Shown one piece after another: positions 1 through 8,986 of a DNA stretch of 64,000 nucleotides; within the stretch, counting starts at the first letter, position 1, and the number at the start of each line of letters is the position of its first letter. The notes beneath the pieces are model-generated. The model was given only the letters and a program-made list of their open reading frames with translations. It was not told the origin of the DNA and ran no database searches. This DNA comes from an uncultured Holophagales bacterium (GTDB lineage: Bacteria > Acidobacteriota > Thermoanaerobaculia > Multivoradales > UBA5704), in NCBI GenBank assembly GCA_963842525.1, contig CAWJGT010000009.1, forward strand, positions 1,632,001 to 1,696,000. Reading direction: 5' to 3'. A program made the translations under genes and the position numbers.

Positions 1-207
1 GCCATCGATATCGTCAACCGTTTCCACTGCCGCGACGCTTACGTGTATGCGATGGGGCAGGAGCCCTGGCTCAACTACATTATGAGCGTGAAGTACACGG
101 AGCAGTCGAACCCCATCATCGCGTCAAACAAGCTGATCGAGGACTGCCGCAGCCGTGGCATCCAGGCCGAGCGGCTCTTCGGAGAGAAGGAGATCCTGCT
201 TTCCTAG
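1..207 (+). CDS. 3' end of a CmlA-like diiron beta-hydroxylase (MBL fold), truncated by the window edge
   Basis: Frame 1 is open from base 1 to TAG at 205-207: AIDIVNRFHCRDAYVYAMGQEPWLNYIMSVKYTEQSNPIIASNKLIEDCRSRGIQAERLFGEKEILLS. The YAMGxExWL motif resembles the C-terminus of CmlA-type NRPS-tailoring hydroxylases. Confidence 0.7.
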   Translation, partial: AIDIVNRFHCRDAYVYAMGQEPWLNYIMSVKYTEQSNPIIASNKLIEDCRSRGIQAERLFGEKEILLS

Positions 208-623
208 CCTGCTGCGGCGACAGGGTCTGGTGAGACAGGGAGACAGCGCGAGCCTGCTTCGAATGATACCTCGGAGGCGGAGGTCCGCAGCACGGGCGGC
301 AGATCCGCCACGGACGTTCTCCTCGCCCGGCAGGGGCTGGAGAGCGACCCGCGGCTGGATCTCCTGGGCTGCACCGCACACCTCTACGAGATCACTCCTT
401 GGATGACGGCAGACCGGGAGGGCTCACCGCCTCGGCCTTATGGCGGCAGCCCGGCGCTGCGACGCCGCAGGGATCCGTTCCTGCGTAGCTTCCGCCTTCC
501 GCTTCCTCGACCGGCGGAGCCACCGAAGGGAAGCCTTGACGCGTGCCCACCCGAGCCGTGGGAAAGGCTAGGAGCCTGTCGGGAAACCCCTCCCCAGTGT
601 CGAGAGGTGGTAAAATTGTCGGC

Positions 624-1078
624 ATGGAAACAACCCGGTTCCGCAGCTACGCACTCGGCCAGCTGTTGCTTCTACCTCCGGACCTGCGGGATTGGTTGCC
701 CGAGGACCACTTGGCGTACTTCCTGCTCGATGTGGTCAGCGAATTGGATCTTTCCGAGATCTACTCCTCCTACGACGGCTCGCGTGGGGGGCGGCCAGGA
801 TTTGACCCACGGCTGATGGTGGGATTGCTGCTGTACGGCTACTGCCTGGGAATCAGTAGTTCTCGCAGAATTGAGAAGGCTACCTACGAGAGCGTGCCAT
901 TCCGAGTTATGGCGGCCAACCAGCATCCCGATCACGACACCATTGCGGATTTCCGGCGGCGCCACCTGAAGGCTCTATCCCGTTTGTTCGTTCAGGTCCT
1001 GCGTCTGTGCCAGCAAGCAGGTTTGGTGAAGTTGGGCCATGTGGCTCTGGACGGTACGAAGATGCGAGCCAATGCTTC
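624..1078 (+). pseudogene. IS1182 transposase, N-terminal part (DUF772-like)
   Basis: LLPPDLRDWLPEDHLA, GRPGFDPRLM, SSRRIE, HPDHDTIADFRRRH, ALDGTKMRANAS; the frame is broken at the nested element. Confidence 0.9.
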
Positions 1079-1275
1079 TGTAGACGCCCGCCTTATTTCG
1101 TGACCGCCGCCTGAGTTTTTCCCAGTTTTCAGCGTGGTCAGGTAGATTCGTCGGCGCAGGAGTGCGGGACGATTTTGCCTGTGGAGAGGTCGGGCAAGGC
1201 AAGCGAAGCCCGCCGGGCTCTCCTTGTGTCTTTTGGCGGACCGGGGATGACCCGACGGGCTTCCGAGAGGAGGCC

Positions 1276-1839
1276 ATGTTAAGTCTGAAGGGCGTGGGCT
1301 GCAAGCAGTATCGAGAGCAGATGGACGGCGGGGCGGTTCCCGAGCTGAGCTGCCCGGATCCGGATTGTCAGAGGACCCGTCTGCGGGGCCACGGCTCCTA
1401 CAAGCGCTTCCTCGCAGGAGTGCTTCAGGCCTTGCGGCGGGTGCGGTGCCCGCGTTGCAGGGTCAGCCATGCGGTGTTGCCGGAGGACGTGTGCGCCTAT
1501 CGCGATTTGACCTTGGCGGCCGTGGAGGCGGGTCTGGCTGCGGGGAGTCCGAGCGAAGGCGCCGAGGTTTCAGGGCAGTGCGGCAGTTCGGGGGTGCGGC
1601 GGGTGCGGGGTTGGCTGCGCAGCGCGCACGAGCCCTTTGCCGCCAAGCTGCAGGCGCTGCTGGGGCCAGTGCCGGCTCCGTGGTGGCGGGGGGCGCAGGA
1701 GGTGGTGGGCCAGGCGGCGGGTTGGTTGACGCGGCTGCGGCACTTTCTGTGGTCGTCCTGGGGCTGCTTTTTCGGCGGAGTGAGCGGACTGTTCCGCCAC
1801 GGCCGGCCGTCCTGGCGGTCAGGGGAGGCCTCTCCATAG
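1276..1839 (+). CDS. Zn-ribbon accessory protein of the transposon (DUF6431-like)
   Basis: GAGGAGG RBS before ATG 1276; CPDPDC...LRGHGSYKR...RVRCPRCRVSHAVLP motif. Confidence 0.75.
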   Translation: MLSLKGVGCKQYREQMDGGAVPELSCPDPDCQRTRLRGHGSYKRFLAGVLQALRRVRCPRCRVSHAVLPEDVCAYRDLTLAAVEAGLAAGSPSEGAEVSGQCGSSGVRRVRGWLRSAHEPFAAKLQALLGPVPAPWWRGAQEVVGQAAGWLTRLRHFLWSSWGCFFGGVSGLFRHGRPSWRSGEASP

Positions 1840-1930
1840 GTTGGTAACTACCCATCGCAGGGTTCTGCCACGAAGCTACTGGCGGGGGCTGTGGGATGGT
1901 CCCAGAGCCCGATTGCGGAGACTTCGTGCG

Positions 1931-3259
1931 ATGGATGAGAGCCAAAGAGAGCAGATTGCGTTGTTTCGCCACAGCGTCATTGCCGAGCTGATCAGCCGGC
2001 CGTTGGCGCCACGCGAAAAAGAGAAGCTGTTGTGTGCGATCGCGGAAAAGACGTGGACGATCCCGGGCAGCGCGCGCAGCCACGTCGGCCGTTCAACGGT
2101 GCGAGATTGGCTCGAGCTGTACCAGATCCATGGGTTTGAGGGGCTCAAGCCGGGCCCGCGTACCGATGCCGGGCGCTCGCGGGCGATCCCGGAGGAGGTG
2201 CAGGATCTGCTGCTGGCGCTGCGGGCCGAGCGGCCCGGTGCTTCGCTCGACAGCCTGATCCGCGCCGTGCATCTGTGCGGCCGCTTTGCGCCCAATCTGC
2301 GGCTGTCGCGCAGCAGCGTGCACCGCTTCTTCGCCGCCCAGGCGGTGCCGGCCCGCCAAGGGTCCAGCGCCGAGCCGGACGCTTTGGCTTTCACCTTTCC
2401 GCATGTCAACGACCTGTGGACCTCCGACCTGATGCACGGGCCCCGCCTGCTGGTGCCGGGGCGCAAGGACGGCGGCAAGACCTACCTCTACGCCTTCCTC
2501 GATGACGCCTCGCGCATGGTGCCGTTTGCCGCCTTCTACCTGGCCGAAAACGCCGCCTGCTTCCAGGACGCTCTGAAGCAGGCTCTGCTGCGCCGCGGCC
2601 TGCCGCGACGGCTCTACTGCGACAACGGCGCCACCTTCCGCACCCACCACCTGCAGGTCATCTGCGCCACGCTGAACATCTCCCTGGTCCACTCCCGGCC
2701 CCACAAGCCGCGCGGTCGCGGCAAGATCGAGCGCTTCTTCCGCCACGTCCGCACCGCCTTTGTCCCCCACCTCACCAGCGAGGTCCTCGCCGATCTGGCC
2801 CAGCTCAACCGCGTCTTCTGGGCCTGGCTGGAGGGCGAGTATCACCAGACTGCCCACGGCGGCCTGGACGGGCAAACGCCTCTGGACCGCTTTCTGAAGG
2901 ACCAGGCCCTGATCCGCCCGGCCCCCGAGCACCTGGAGGCCTGGCTGCGCATGAAGGTCACCCGCCGGGTCGGCCGCGACCGCACCGTCCACCTCGACGG
3001 CCGTCTCTATGAGGCTCCCGATGGCTATGCCGGTGAGACCGTCGACGTCCTCTACGATCCCTATGACCCCGCCCGGCCCGTCCACTTTTGCCGCAAAGGC
3101 CAGAGCGCCGAGCTGCCTCTGCGCCGGCTCGACCTCGCCACCAACGCCACCCTGCGCCGACTCGAAAGAAACAGCGAGCCGGCCAGAGAAGCGCCCACCA
3201 CCGGCATCAGCTACCTCGAGCTCATCGCCAAGAAGTTCTATCAGGGGGAGCCCCAGTGA
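1931..3259 (+). CDS. DDE transposase/integrase (HTH + rve + Mu-type C-terminal domain)
   Basis: LWTSDLMHG, AFLDDASR, LYCDNG, GKIERFF catalytic motifs; C-terminal RRVGRDRTVHLDGRLYE. Confidence 0.92.
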   Translation: MDESQREQIALFRHSVIAELISRPLAPREKEKLLCAIAEKTWTIPGSARSHVGRSTVRDWLELYQIHGFEGLKPGPRTDAGRSRAIPEEVQDLLLALRAERPGASLDSLIRAVHLCGRFAPNLRLSRSSVHRFFAAQAVPARQGSSAEPDALAFTFPHVNDLWTSDLMHGPRLLVPGRKDGGKTYLYAFLDDASRMVPFAAFYLAENAACFQDALKQALLRRGLPRRLYCDNGATFRTHHLQVICATLNISLVHSRPHKPRGRGKIERFFRHVRTAFVPHLTSEVLADLAQLNRVFWAWLEGEYHQTAHGGLDGQTPLDRFLKDQALIRPAPEHLEAWLRMKVTRRVGRDRTVHLDGRLYEAPDGYAGETVDVLYDPYDPARPVHFCRKGQSAELPLRRLDLATNATLRRLERNSEPAREAPTTGISYLELIAKKFYQGEPQ

Positions 3260-4061
3260 ACCTCTATACCACCGCCTTCGGCTTCACCCGGCCGCCCTTC
3301 CACGGCCCCCTCACCGCCGACTCTCTGTTTCGGCCTCAGGGGCTCGAAGAGCCCACAGCCGTCTGCGCTACCTGGTCGACTCCAGGGCCATCGGCCTGCT
3401 CACCGGCGAGCCGGGCAGCGGCAAAACCACCGCCCTGAGGCGACTGCGCGACGATCTCCACCCCGACCAGGTGCGCGCTGTGTACCTGCACGACACCCTG
3501 GTCAACCCCGCCGACTTCTGCCGCCAACTCGCCCTTGCACTCGGCCTCCAGCCCGAATGGTCTCGCGCCATGACCTTCCGCCTCGTCCAGCAAGAGATCC
3601 AACGCCTCGTCAAAGACCGCCACATAACCGTCCTGCTCATCGTCGACGAAGCCCACAACCTCAGGCCCGACGTCCTCGCCCTCTTCCCCCTGCTCGCCAA
3701 CTTTGAATGGGACGCAGAAGGACGGCTTGCCTTTCTCCTGGCCGGTCAATCCGGATTGCGACAGATCCTGCGCCTGTCGCATCTGGAGGCCCTCGCTCAG
3801 CGCATCACCATCCGCTTCACCCTGCGCGGCTTCGACCGAGACACCACCTGCTGCTACCTCGAACATCGCCTCAAGATCGCCGGCCTGGATCGACCCCTCT
3901 TCACCGCCCCCGCCCAGGAAGCCCTCTTTGAAGCCTCCCAGGGCATCATGCGCAGAATCGACACCCTGGCCCACCACGCCCTGGCCGCCGCAGCCACTTC
4001 CAGAGCCAAGCTCGTCGAGCCCGAGCACGTCCTGCAAGCCGCCGAGGAGATGCGCTCATGA
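3256..4061 (+). CDS. ExeA/IstB/TnsC-like AAA+ ATPase; apparent 1-bp frameshift near 3350
   Basis: GTG start overlaps the transposase stop (VNLYTTAFGFTRPPF); continues in another frame with GEPGSGKT (Walker A) and LIVDEAH (Walker B). Adding one G at gaaga-gcccac joins the frames. Confidence 0.85.
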
Positions 4062-4300
4062 ACACACCCGAACCCATCCTCGACTACCTGCAAAACCAGG
4101 TCCCCGAGTACCCGTTCGATCGCAAGCTCGACGAAGAGTTTGTCGACGAGCTGATCGCAGACTTCCAGGATCTCAACATTCTCGAGGAGACCAAGACCTT
4201 CAGGTGGTATCACAACAACCGGCCGGCCGCCCGTTTCAAGAACGTCCGTGTCGGCCTGCGGCGCTGGATTGCCAACTCCTGGGCGCGAAGACCAGAATGA
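4058..4300 (+). CDS. 80-aa hypothetical protein, last gene of the nested transposon
   Basis: ATGA overlap with the ATPase stop; protein-like composition; lies inside the right IR. Confidence 0.7.
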   Translation: MNTPEPILDYLQNQVPEYPFDRKLDEEFVDELIADFQDLNILEETKTFRWYHNNRPAARFKNVRVGLRRWIANSWARRPE

Positions 4301-4452
4301 ATCAAAGCAACTGCTGAAAACTCGGCCCCTTCGGTCAAAAACAGTCCCGGATTCCACCGCCACCCGGCCCAATCCGGGACTGCTCTCTTCCCCCTTCTGT
4401 CCGCCACGAAATATTTCGAAAAGGTGGCCACGGAATTACGCGGGACTCGACA

Positions 4453-5389
4453 GCTTCAAAACACAAGGCGATGAATTACGGACGGATGGAAGAGAAGATC
4501 GCCGAGTTGGAGGCGCAGGTGAAGGAGCTTCTGGACGAGGCTGAAGCGGTGGATACAGCCGAAGACGCTCGTCACGGCAAGGGGCGTCGAGGCGAAGAGT
4601 TGCCGGAGGAGCTTCGTTGGCGTCAGCAGCGGTTGGAGAAAATCCGGCAAGCCAAGGCGGCGCTGGAGGCTCAGGCGCAGGCGCAAGCCGAGGCACAGCG
4701 GCCGAAAGAGCTTGAGCAGAAGCCGTCTGCCCCAGAGTCTGGAGGCGAAAATGAGGAAGCTCCCTCGCCGGCTCCAGTTGCGCGGCCTGCTGAGAAGGCG
4801 CAACGCAACTTCACCGATCCAGATTGATTCGCGGATCATGAAGGATGGGGCGACGAAGTCGTTCGAGCAGTGTTACAACTGCCAGGCGGCGGTCGATAAC
4901 GAGGCTCAGGTCATTGTGGCGGCGCAGGTGACCCAGCAAGCCAACGACAAGCAGCAGGTTGAATCGCTGATCGAGCAGATGAAGACCAATCTGGAAGGTG
5001 AAAAGCCGCGTGTCGTGAGCGCAGACACGGGCTACTACAGTGAAGACAACGTAAAGTATTTGGAAGGCGAGCAGATCGAGCCATATGTGGCGACGGGACG
5101 TCAAAAGCACGGAGCCGACACCCCCGCACCGCGAGGCCGGATTCCTTCGCGTGCGACGCCGAAGGAGCGAATGGCTCGCAAGCTGCGGACTGTGAAAGGC
5201 AAGCGGGAGTATTCGAAGCGCAAAGAGACGGTGGAGCCGGTGTTTGGCCAGATCAAAGAGGCTCGTGGCCTGCGGCGGTTCCTCTTGCGAGGCTTTGCAG
5301 CCGTCCAGGCAGAATGGAGCTTGATCTGCCTGACACACAACCTGTTGAAGTTGTTCCGGAGCGGGTGGAGTCTGCCGGTGGCCTCCTGA
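4453..5389 (+). pseudogene. IS1182 transposase, C-terminal part, with a 4-bp duplication frameshift at 4822-4829
   Basis: KHKAMNYGRM...RNFTDPD/SRIMK, YNCQAAVD, SADTGYYS, YSKRKETVEPVFGQIK motifs. Confidence 0.9.
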
Positions 5390-5827
5390 GGCAAGCTCCC
5401 ACCCAGGCAACTCAAGGCCATGTCCTCCGGCGAGCTCGCAACTCTCGCTTCTGCTACGGTCGGATTCTCCCCAAAGTTCCTCGGGGCCCGGGATCCCGGG
5501 AAATTTGCCTTCCTCTAGCCGGTAACCCGACAGGCTCCTAGGGTGGAGGGGTGGGACGGAATGGCGAGCTGCGGCAAACCCTGGCCAGAGACTGTGGGCA
5601 CTTCAGGGGGGCCAAGGTGGCCTGCAACTTCATCGACGCCCCGGGCTCGGATTCAGGTCTCCCGGGCCAGCTGTAGGCGCCTCTCTTGCCCTGTACCAAT
5701 TTTGTACCAGTGCCGGCCAATACTCACCGGGTCTCGGTAGAGCCTGGGCGCTCCGGAGACCGGCCGAACTCGTTGTGCTCGTTGAGGTTACCGTCTGGTG
5801 ACATCTGGGGAGTGTCGGCGGGAAGCC

Positions 5828-5880
5828 GACTTAAAATCTCCCGCCGCAAGGCGTGCGGGTTCGAGTCCCGCCTCCGGCAC
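5828..5880 (+). tRNA. 3' fragment of tRNA-Leu(UAA), probable att site (not a full tRNA)
   Basis: GACTTAAAATC anticodon loop, long variable arm CGCC-GCAA-GGCG, T-arm GCGGGTTCGAGTCCCGC, acceptor 3' strand CTCCGGCA. No complementary GCCGGAG 5' strand or D-arm upstream. Confidence 0.85.
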
Positions 5881-6012
5881 TACACCTTGCGTCGATTGGA
5901 CCTCCTCGGCGGCTCGTCTTCGCAACCGGGAGCCGCCCGGACCTTTTCCTTCCTAGAAGGTCATCCGCAACGCCAGGCTGAGGTCACGGCCGGTAGCAGA
6001 CCCGCGGTGTCC

Positions 6013-7308
6013 TCACTCCCGGAAGACCACCGGCACTCCCACCTCGATCTGTCGCGCCAGGAACACGGCGTCCCAGTTGGTCAGCCGGACGCAGCCGTGG
6101 GACGAGGTGTAGCCGATGGTCTCGGGCTCGGACGTGCCGTGGATACCGTAGTGCGGCTTCGAGAGTGCCATCCAGACCAGGCCGACAGGAGAGCTCGGGC
6201 CGGGGGGTAGGTGGGCCTCCGGCTCGGTGTCGGGCACCTCGTGGAAGAGCGACGGCTGGTAGTGGAAGGGCGGGTCGAAGTGGATGCCCGTCACCCGGTA
6301 CTGGCCATCCGGCGAAGGGTCGTACCCGGCCCCCAGGGTCGAGGGGAAGTGGTAGAGGACCGCCCCACCGGCGTCCAGGGCCTGGACGTAGTAGCCCTTT
6401 TTCGAGACCATGATCCGCGCCACCTGGAGGGACGCGGGTGCGGGCTGTGTCCCGTCCTCGAGGCTTGTCAGGATGTCGGGGACATCCGGCGCCCAGAGGG
6501 TTGTGCCGGGCTCCAGGTGCTCGAAGTCGAGGTCCGGGTTGAGCTGCTCCAGCAGCTCCGGAGCCGCGTGGGTGCGCTCGGCGTACATCTCGAGCGGCGT
6601 CTCGTAGCAGAGGCATTCGAGCTTCTCCTGCTGGTAGACGTCCTCCGGGGTCTTTACGAAGGGGCCGCGCAGGTCTTCCTCGGTCACCTGGATCTGCCGC
6701 ACGACCGGTTGCGCGCCGCCGGCCTGGGAGAGCGCCTGCCAGGTGGCGGCGTCGACCTCGCCGGTGGCGGGCAGCGCGTGCGCGAACTGGAACCAGTAGA
6801 CCGCCTTCGCGGTGTTCTTGCCCCAGTGCCCGTCGATGAAGCCCGGCGAGAAGCGGGCACGATCGAGGAGCACCTGCGCCCGCAGGGTCGTCGGCCCGCC
6901 GCCTTCCTGCGCCAGCGGCAGGGCCGGCCGGCCCTGGAGGGTATCCGGAGTGATCTGCTCGAATTTTTCGGTGGGGCGGTTGTGCGGCGCGGGTATTGGA
7001 TCTTCCTGGGGGACCGGCTGCGGGGCGGCGGGTTGGCCCGTGGTGCCGGGCTGCCCATAGGGTGCGCTCGCGGCGCGTCCGCGCCGGTCGAGCTCGGCGT
7101 ACTGCCGCCAGGAGGGATCGAGGCGCAGGCTTTCGAGCTTCGCGGCATCGTACTCGCGCGCGCGGCTCCGCGGCACCGAGACGGCCGGTCGCGAGGCAGG
7201 AGCGGTGGCCGGTGTCTCCTGGGCCTTGGGTGTAGTTTCGTCGGTAGCGTCTTCGTAGGTGCAGGCGGTCAGGCTCAGTAGATACGCGAGAAACAGCAGG
7301 CGTCGCAC
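6013..7308 (-). CDS. L,D-transpeptidase lipoprotein (YkuD domain with peptidoglycan-binding domain)
   Basis: Lipobox LTAC; FSPGFIDGHWGKNT; YGIHGT...SSHGCVRL catalytic motif. Confidence 0.92.
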   Translation of the reverse strand: MRRLLFLAYLLSLTACTYEDATDETTPKAQETPATAPASRPAVSVPRSRAREYDAAKLESLRLDPSWRQYAELDRRGRAASAPYGQPGTTGQPAAPQPVPQEDPIPAPHNRPTEKFEQITPDTLQGRPALPLAQEGGGPTTLRAQVLLDRARFSPGFIDGHWGKNTAKAVYWFQFAHALPATGEVDAATWQALSQAGGAQPVVRQIQVTEEDLRGPFVKTPEDVYQQEKLECLCYETPLEMYAERTHAAPELLEQLNPDLDFEHLEPGTTLWAPDVPDILTSLEDGTQPAPASLQVARIMVSKKGYYVQALDAGGAVLYHFPSTLGAGYDPSPDGQYRVTGIHFDPPFHYQPSLFHEVPDTEPEAHLPPGPSSPVGLVWMALSKPHYGIHGTSEPETIGYTSSHGCVRLTNWDAVFLARQIEVGVPVVFRE

Positions 7309-7384
7309 AACAGGTCTCCCTCTTTTCAGGCGCGGCAGGAGGCCGCGGCGGAGGTCCCTGCAACCTGCGTTCCGGCGGGAGCCG

Positions 7385-7909
7385 CTAGGCCCCGAGCCTG
7401 CGGGCCAGCTCGGTCATGCGGGTGAGGTGGTGGTCGTCGTGCTCGGCGGTGAAGAGGATCAGGTCGAGGACCCGCATGGGCTGCTTGAGCCGCGGGTGAA
7501 TTGCCGTGAGCGAGACCAGGTCGGGGTCCCAGCCGTCGAGGCGCTCGACGAAACGCCGGCGCTCGCGGCGGAAGGCCTCCAGGAGCTCGCCGGTCTCCCG
7601 CTCGTTGTGGCCGGCTTCCCAGGTCTTCTTGTTCTCCATGTCGGCGGGGCGGAGCACCGCGGTTCCGGCGAGGTAGTCGTCGAGCCGACCCTCCTGGAGC
7701 TCCTCCAGGTCCAGGAGGTGCCCGATGTGCTCCTGGATCGACCAGGCCGCGCCGTCCCGCCGGGTGAGGACCTCGCGCGATAGGCCCCACACCTTGTCCT
7801 CGATGCGCGCCGGCGTGCCGCGCAAACGCTCGACGACCACAGGGAACAGCGCGTCGGGCAGGGTGAAGTTGAAGGTGCGGTCCACCCAGCGGTAGCTCGT
7901 GGGGTGCAT
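7385..7909 (-). CDS. DinB/YfiT-family metal-dependent protein
   Basis: WSIQEHIGHL and EHDDHHL motifs. Confidence 0.88.
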   Translation of the reverse strand: MHPTSYRWVDRTFNFTLPDALFPVVVERLRGTPARIEDKVWGLSREVLTRRDGAAWSIQEHIGHLLDLEELQEGRLDDYLAGTAVLRPADMENKKTWEAGHNERETGELLEAFRRERRRFVERLDGWDPDLVSLTAIHPRLKQPMRVLDLILFTAEHDDHHLTRMTELARRLGA

Positions 7910-7924
7910 GGAAGGATTCTACCT

Positions 7925-8986
7925 CTACCGGTCGAAGTAGCCGCTCTTCGTGCGCACCTGATGCCCGCCGCCGCGGACGTCGACCTGGACCTTGTGCCAG
8001 GCGCCGTCGTTCTTGTCCACCGAGGGGTAGTAGCCGAGGACGTACTGCTCGCGCAGCTCGCGCAGGATCTTCCGGAAAGCCGGGCCCACCTCGGCCACCG
8101 AGGAGATGGTCTCGATCCGGCCGCCGCTCTCGGCCGCGGTCTTTTCGAGGAGGGCGAGCTGGCGGTCGTGGTCCTCGTGGGTCCGCCAGGACGAGGAGTA
8201 CCGGAGGCGCCGCCGGTCCCCCTCCTGGAGCCGGATCCAGTAAAGCAGGACGCCGCTGCGCTGCGCCGCCCAGCGGACGTCGTCCATGCCGAGCATGCTC
8301 TCGATGTCGACGCCGTCGGAGAGCAGCACCACGGCGCGCCGCCCCTGTCGCTCTTCGAGCTGCTTCAACGCCATGTACAGGTGGTCATGGATCGCCGACC
8401 CGCCGCGGGCCCGCACGCCCGTGAGGGAGGAGAGCAGGGACGCCGCGTCCGTGGAGAACGGGGTGCGGTGGAGGAGCTCGTCGGAGAAGAGCATTACCTG
8501 GATCTCGTCCAGGGGGGCTATGTCGGAGACGAATGCCCGCACCCCCTCGACGGCGGTCTTCAGGCGGTCGCCTTCCATGCTGGCGCTGGCGTCGACCAGC
8601 AGGGCTGCCGAGACCGGCATGTCTCCGCGCCCGAAGGTGACGATCTGTTGGGGGATGCCGTCATCCTGGATCTCGAAGTCGTCCGCGCCGAGGTTGAGGA
8701 CCGGCCTGCCGTCCCGCGTGACCGTGGCGTAGAGCTGCTGGAGCTCGACGCGGATCTCCTCGTCGACGTGGATCTCGGGGGGCTGGGAGCCCTCACCCCC
8801 CTGACCCCCCTCTCCCATCCGCACTCCCATCCCCCCGGGAGAGGGGGGAAAAGACGCTGCCAGGAAGTTCTTGGGTGGGGGCTCCCCTCTCCCGGGGGTG
8901 GGGAGTGCGGATGGGAGAGGGGTCGGGGGTGAGGGTCCCAGGGCGAGCAACGCCGCCACGGCGAGCCAGCGCTGGCGGACGGGCAT
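7925..8986 (-). CDS. Secreted VWA-domain protein (Acidobacterial VWFA-related), with an in-frame palindromic repeat after the signal peptide
   Basis: MIDAS DASASM, LLSDGVD, SGGR, QYVLGYYP...DGAWHKVQV. Confidence 0.88.
   Translation of the reverse strand: MPVRQRWLAVAALLALGPSPPTPLPSALPTPGRGEPPPKNFLAASFPPSPGGMGVRMGEGGQGGEGSQPPEIHVDEEIRVELQQLYATVTRDGRPVLNLGADDFEIQDDGIPQQIVTFGRGDMPVSAALLVDASASMEGDRLKTAVEGVRAFVSDIAPLDEIQVMLFSDELLHRTPFSTDAASLLSSLTGVRARGGSAIHDHLYMALKQLEERQGRRAVVLLSDGVDIESMLGMDDVRWAAQRSGVLLYWIRLQEGDRRRLRYSSSWRTHEDHDRQLALLEKTAAESGGRIETISSVAEVGPAFRKILRELREQYVLGYYPSVDKNDGAWHKVQVDVRGGGHQVRTKSGYFDR
8790..8935. repeat. CCCTCACCCC...CCCTCTCCC...GGGAGAGGG palindromic element, inverted dimer, copy A (inside a CDS)
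   Basis: Two inverted units; translated as PSPPTPLPSALPTPGRGE...PPSPGGMGVRMGEGGQGGEG. Confidence 0.85.

Larger units (their letters stand above)
1079..4452 (+). mobile_element. Nested 3374-bp Mu/IS21/Tn552-like transposon with four genes
   Basis: Ends TGTAGACG... and ...CTCGACA; imperfect 30-bp IRs (22/30 matching); 5-bp duplication GCTTC at 1074-1078 and 4453-4457. Removing it restores ...ANAS-KHKAMNYGRM of the host transposase. Confidence 0.9.
572..5537 (+). mobile_element. IS1182-family insertion sequence, interrupted by a nested transposon
   Basis: Terminal IRs GAGCCTGTCGGGaaACC (572) and ggTaaCCCGACAGGCTC (ending 5537); CTAG flanks both sides (568-571, 5538-5541); transposase halves on either side of 1079-4452. 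Confidence 0.9.

Noticed and set aside
208-567. Short ORFs between the hydroxylase and the IS
   Set aside because: No recognisable motif or RBS, even after joining with the sequence beyond 5541.
3340-3360. Programmed frameshift in the transposon ATPase
   Set aside because: No slippery sequence is visible, and similar 1-bp breaks occur throughout the window.
5795-5882. Complete functional tRNA-Leu
   Set aside because: No 5' acceptor strand or D-arm, the anticodon stem does not pair fully, and the end is CTA rather than CCA.
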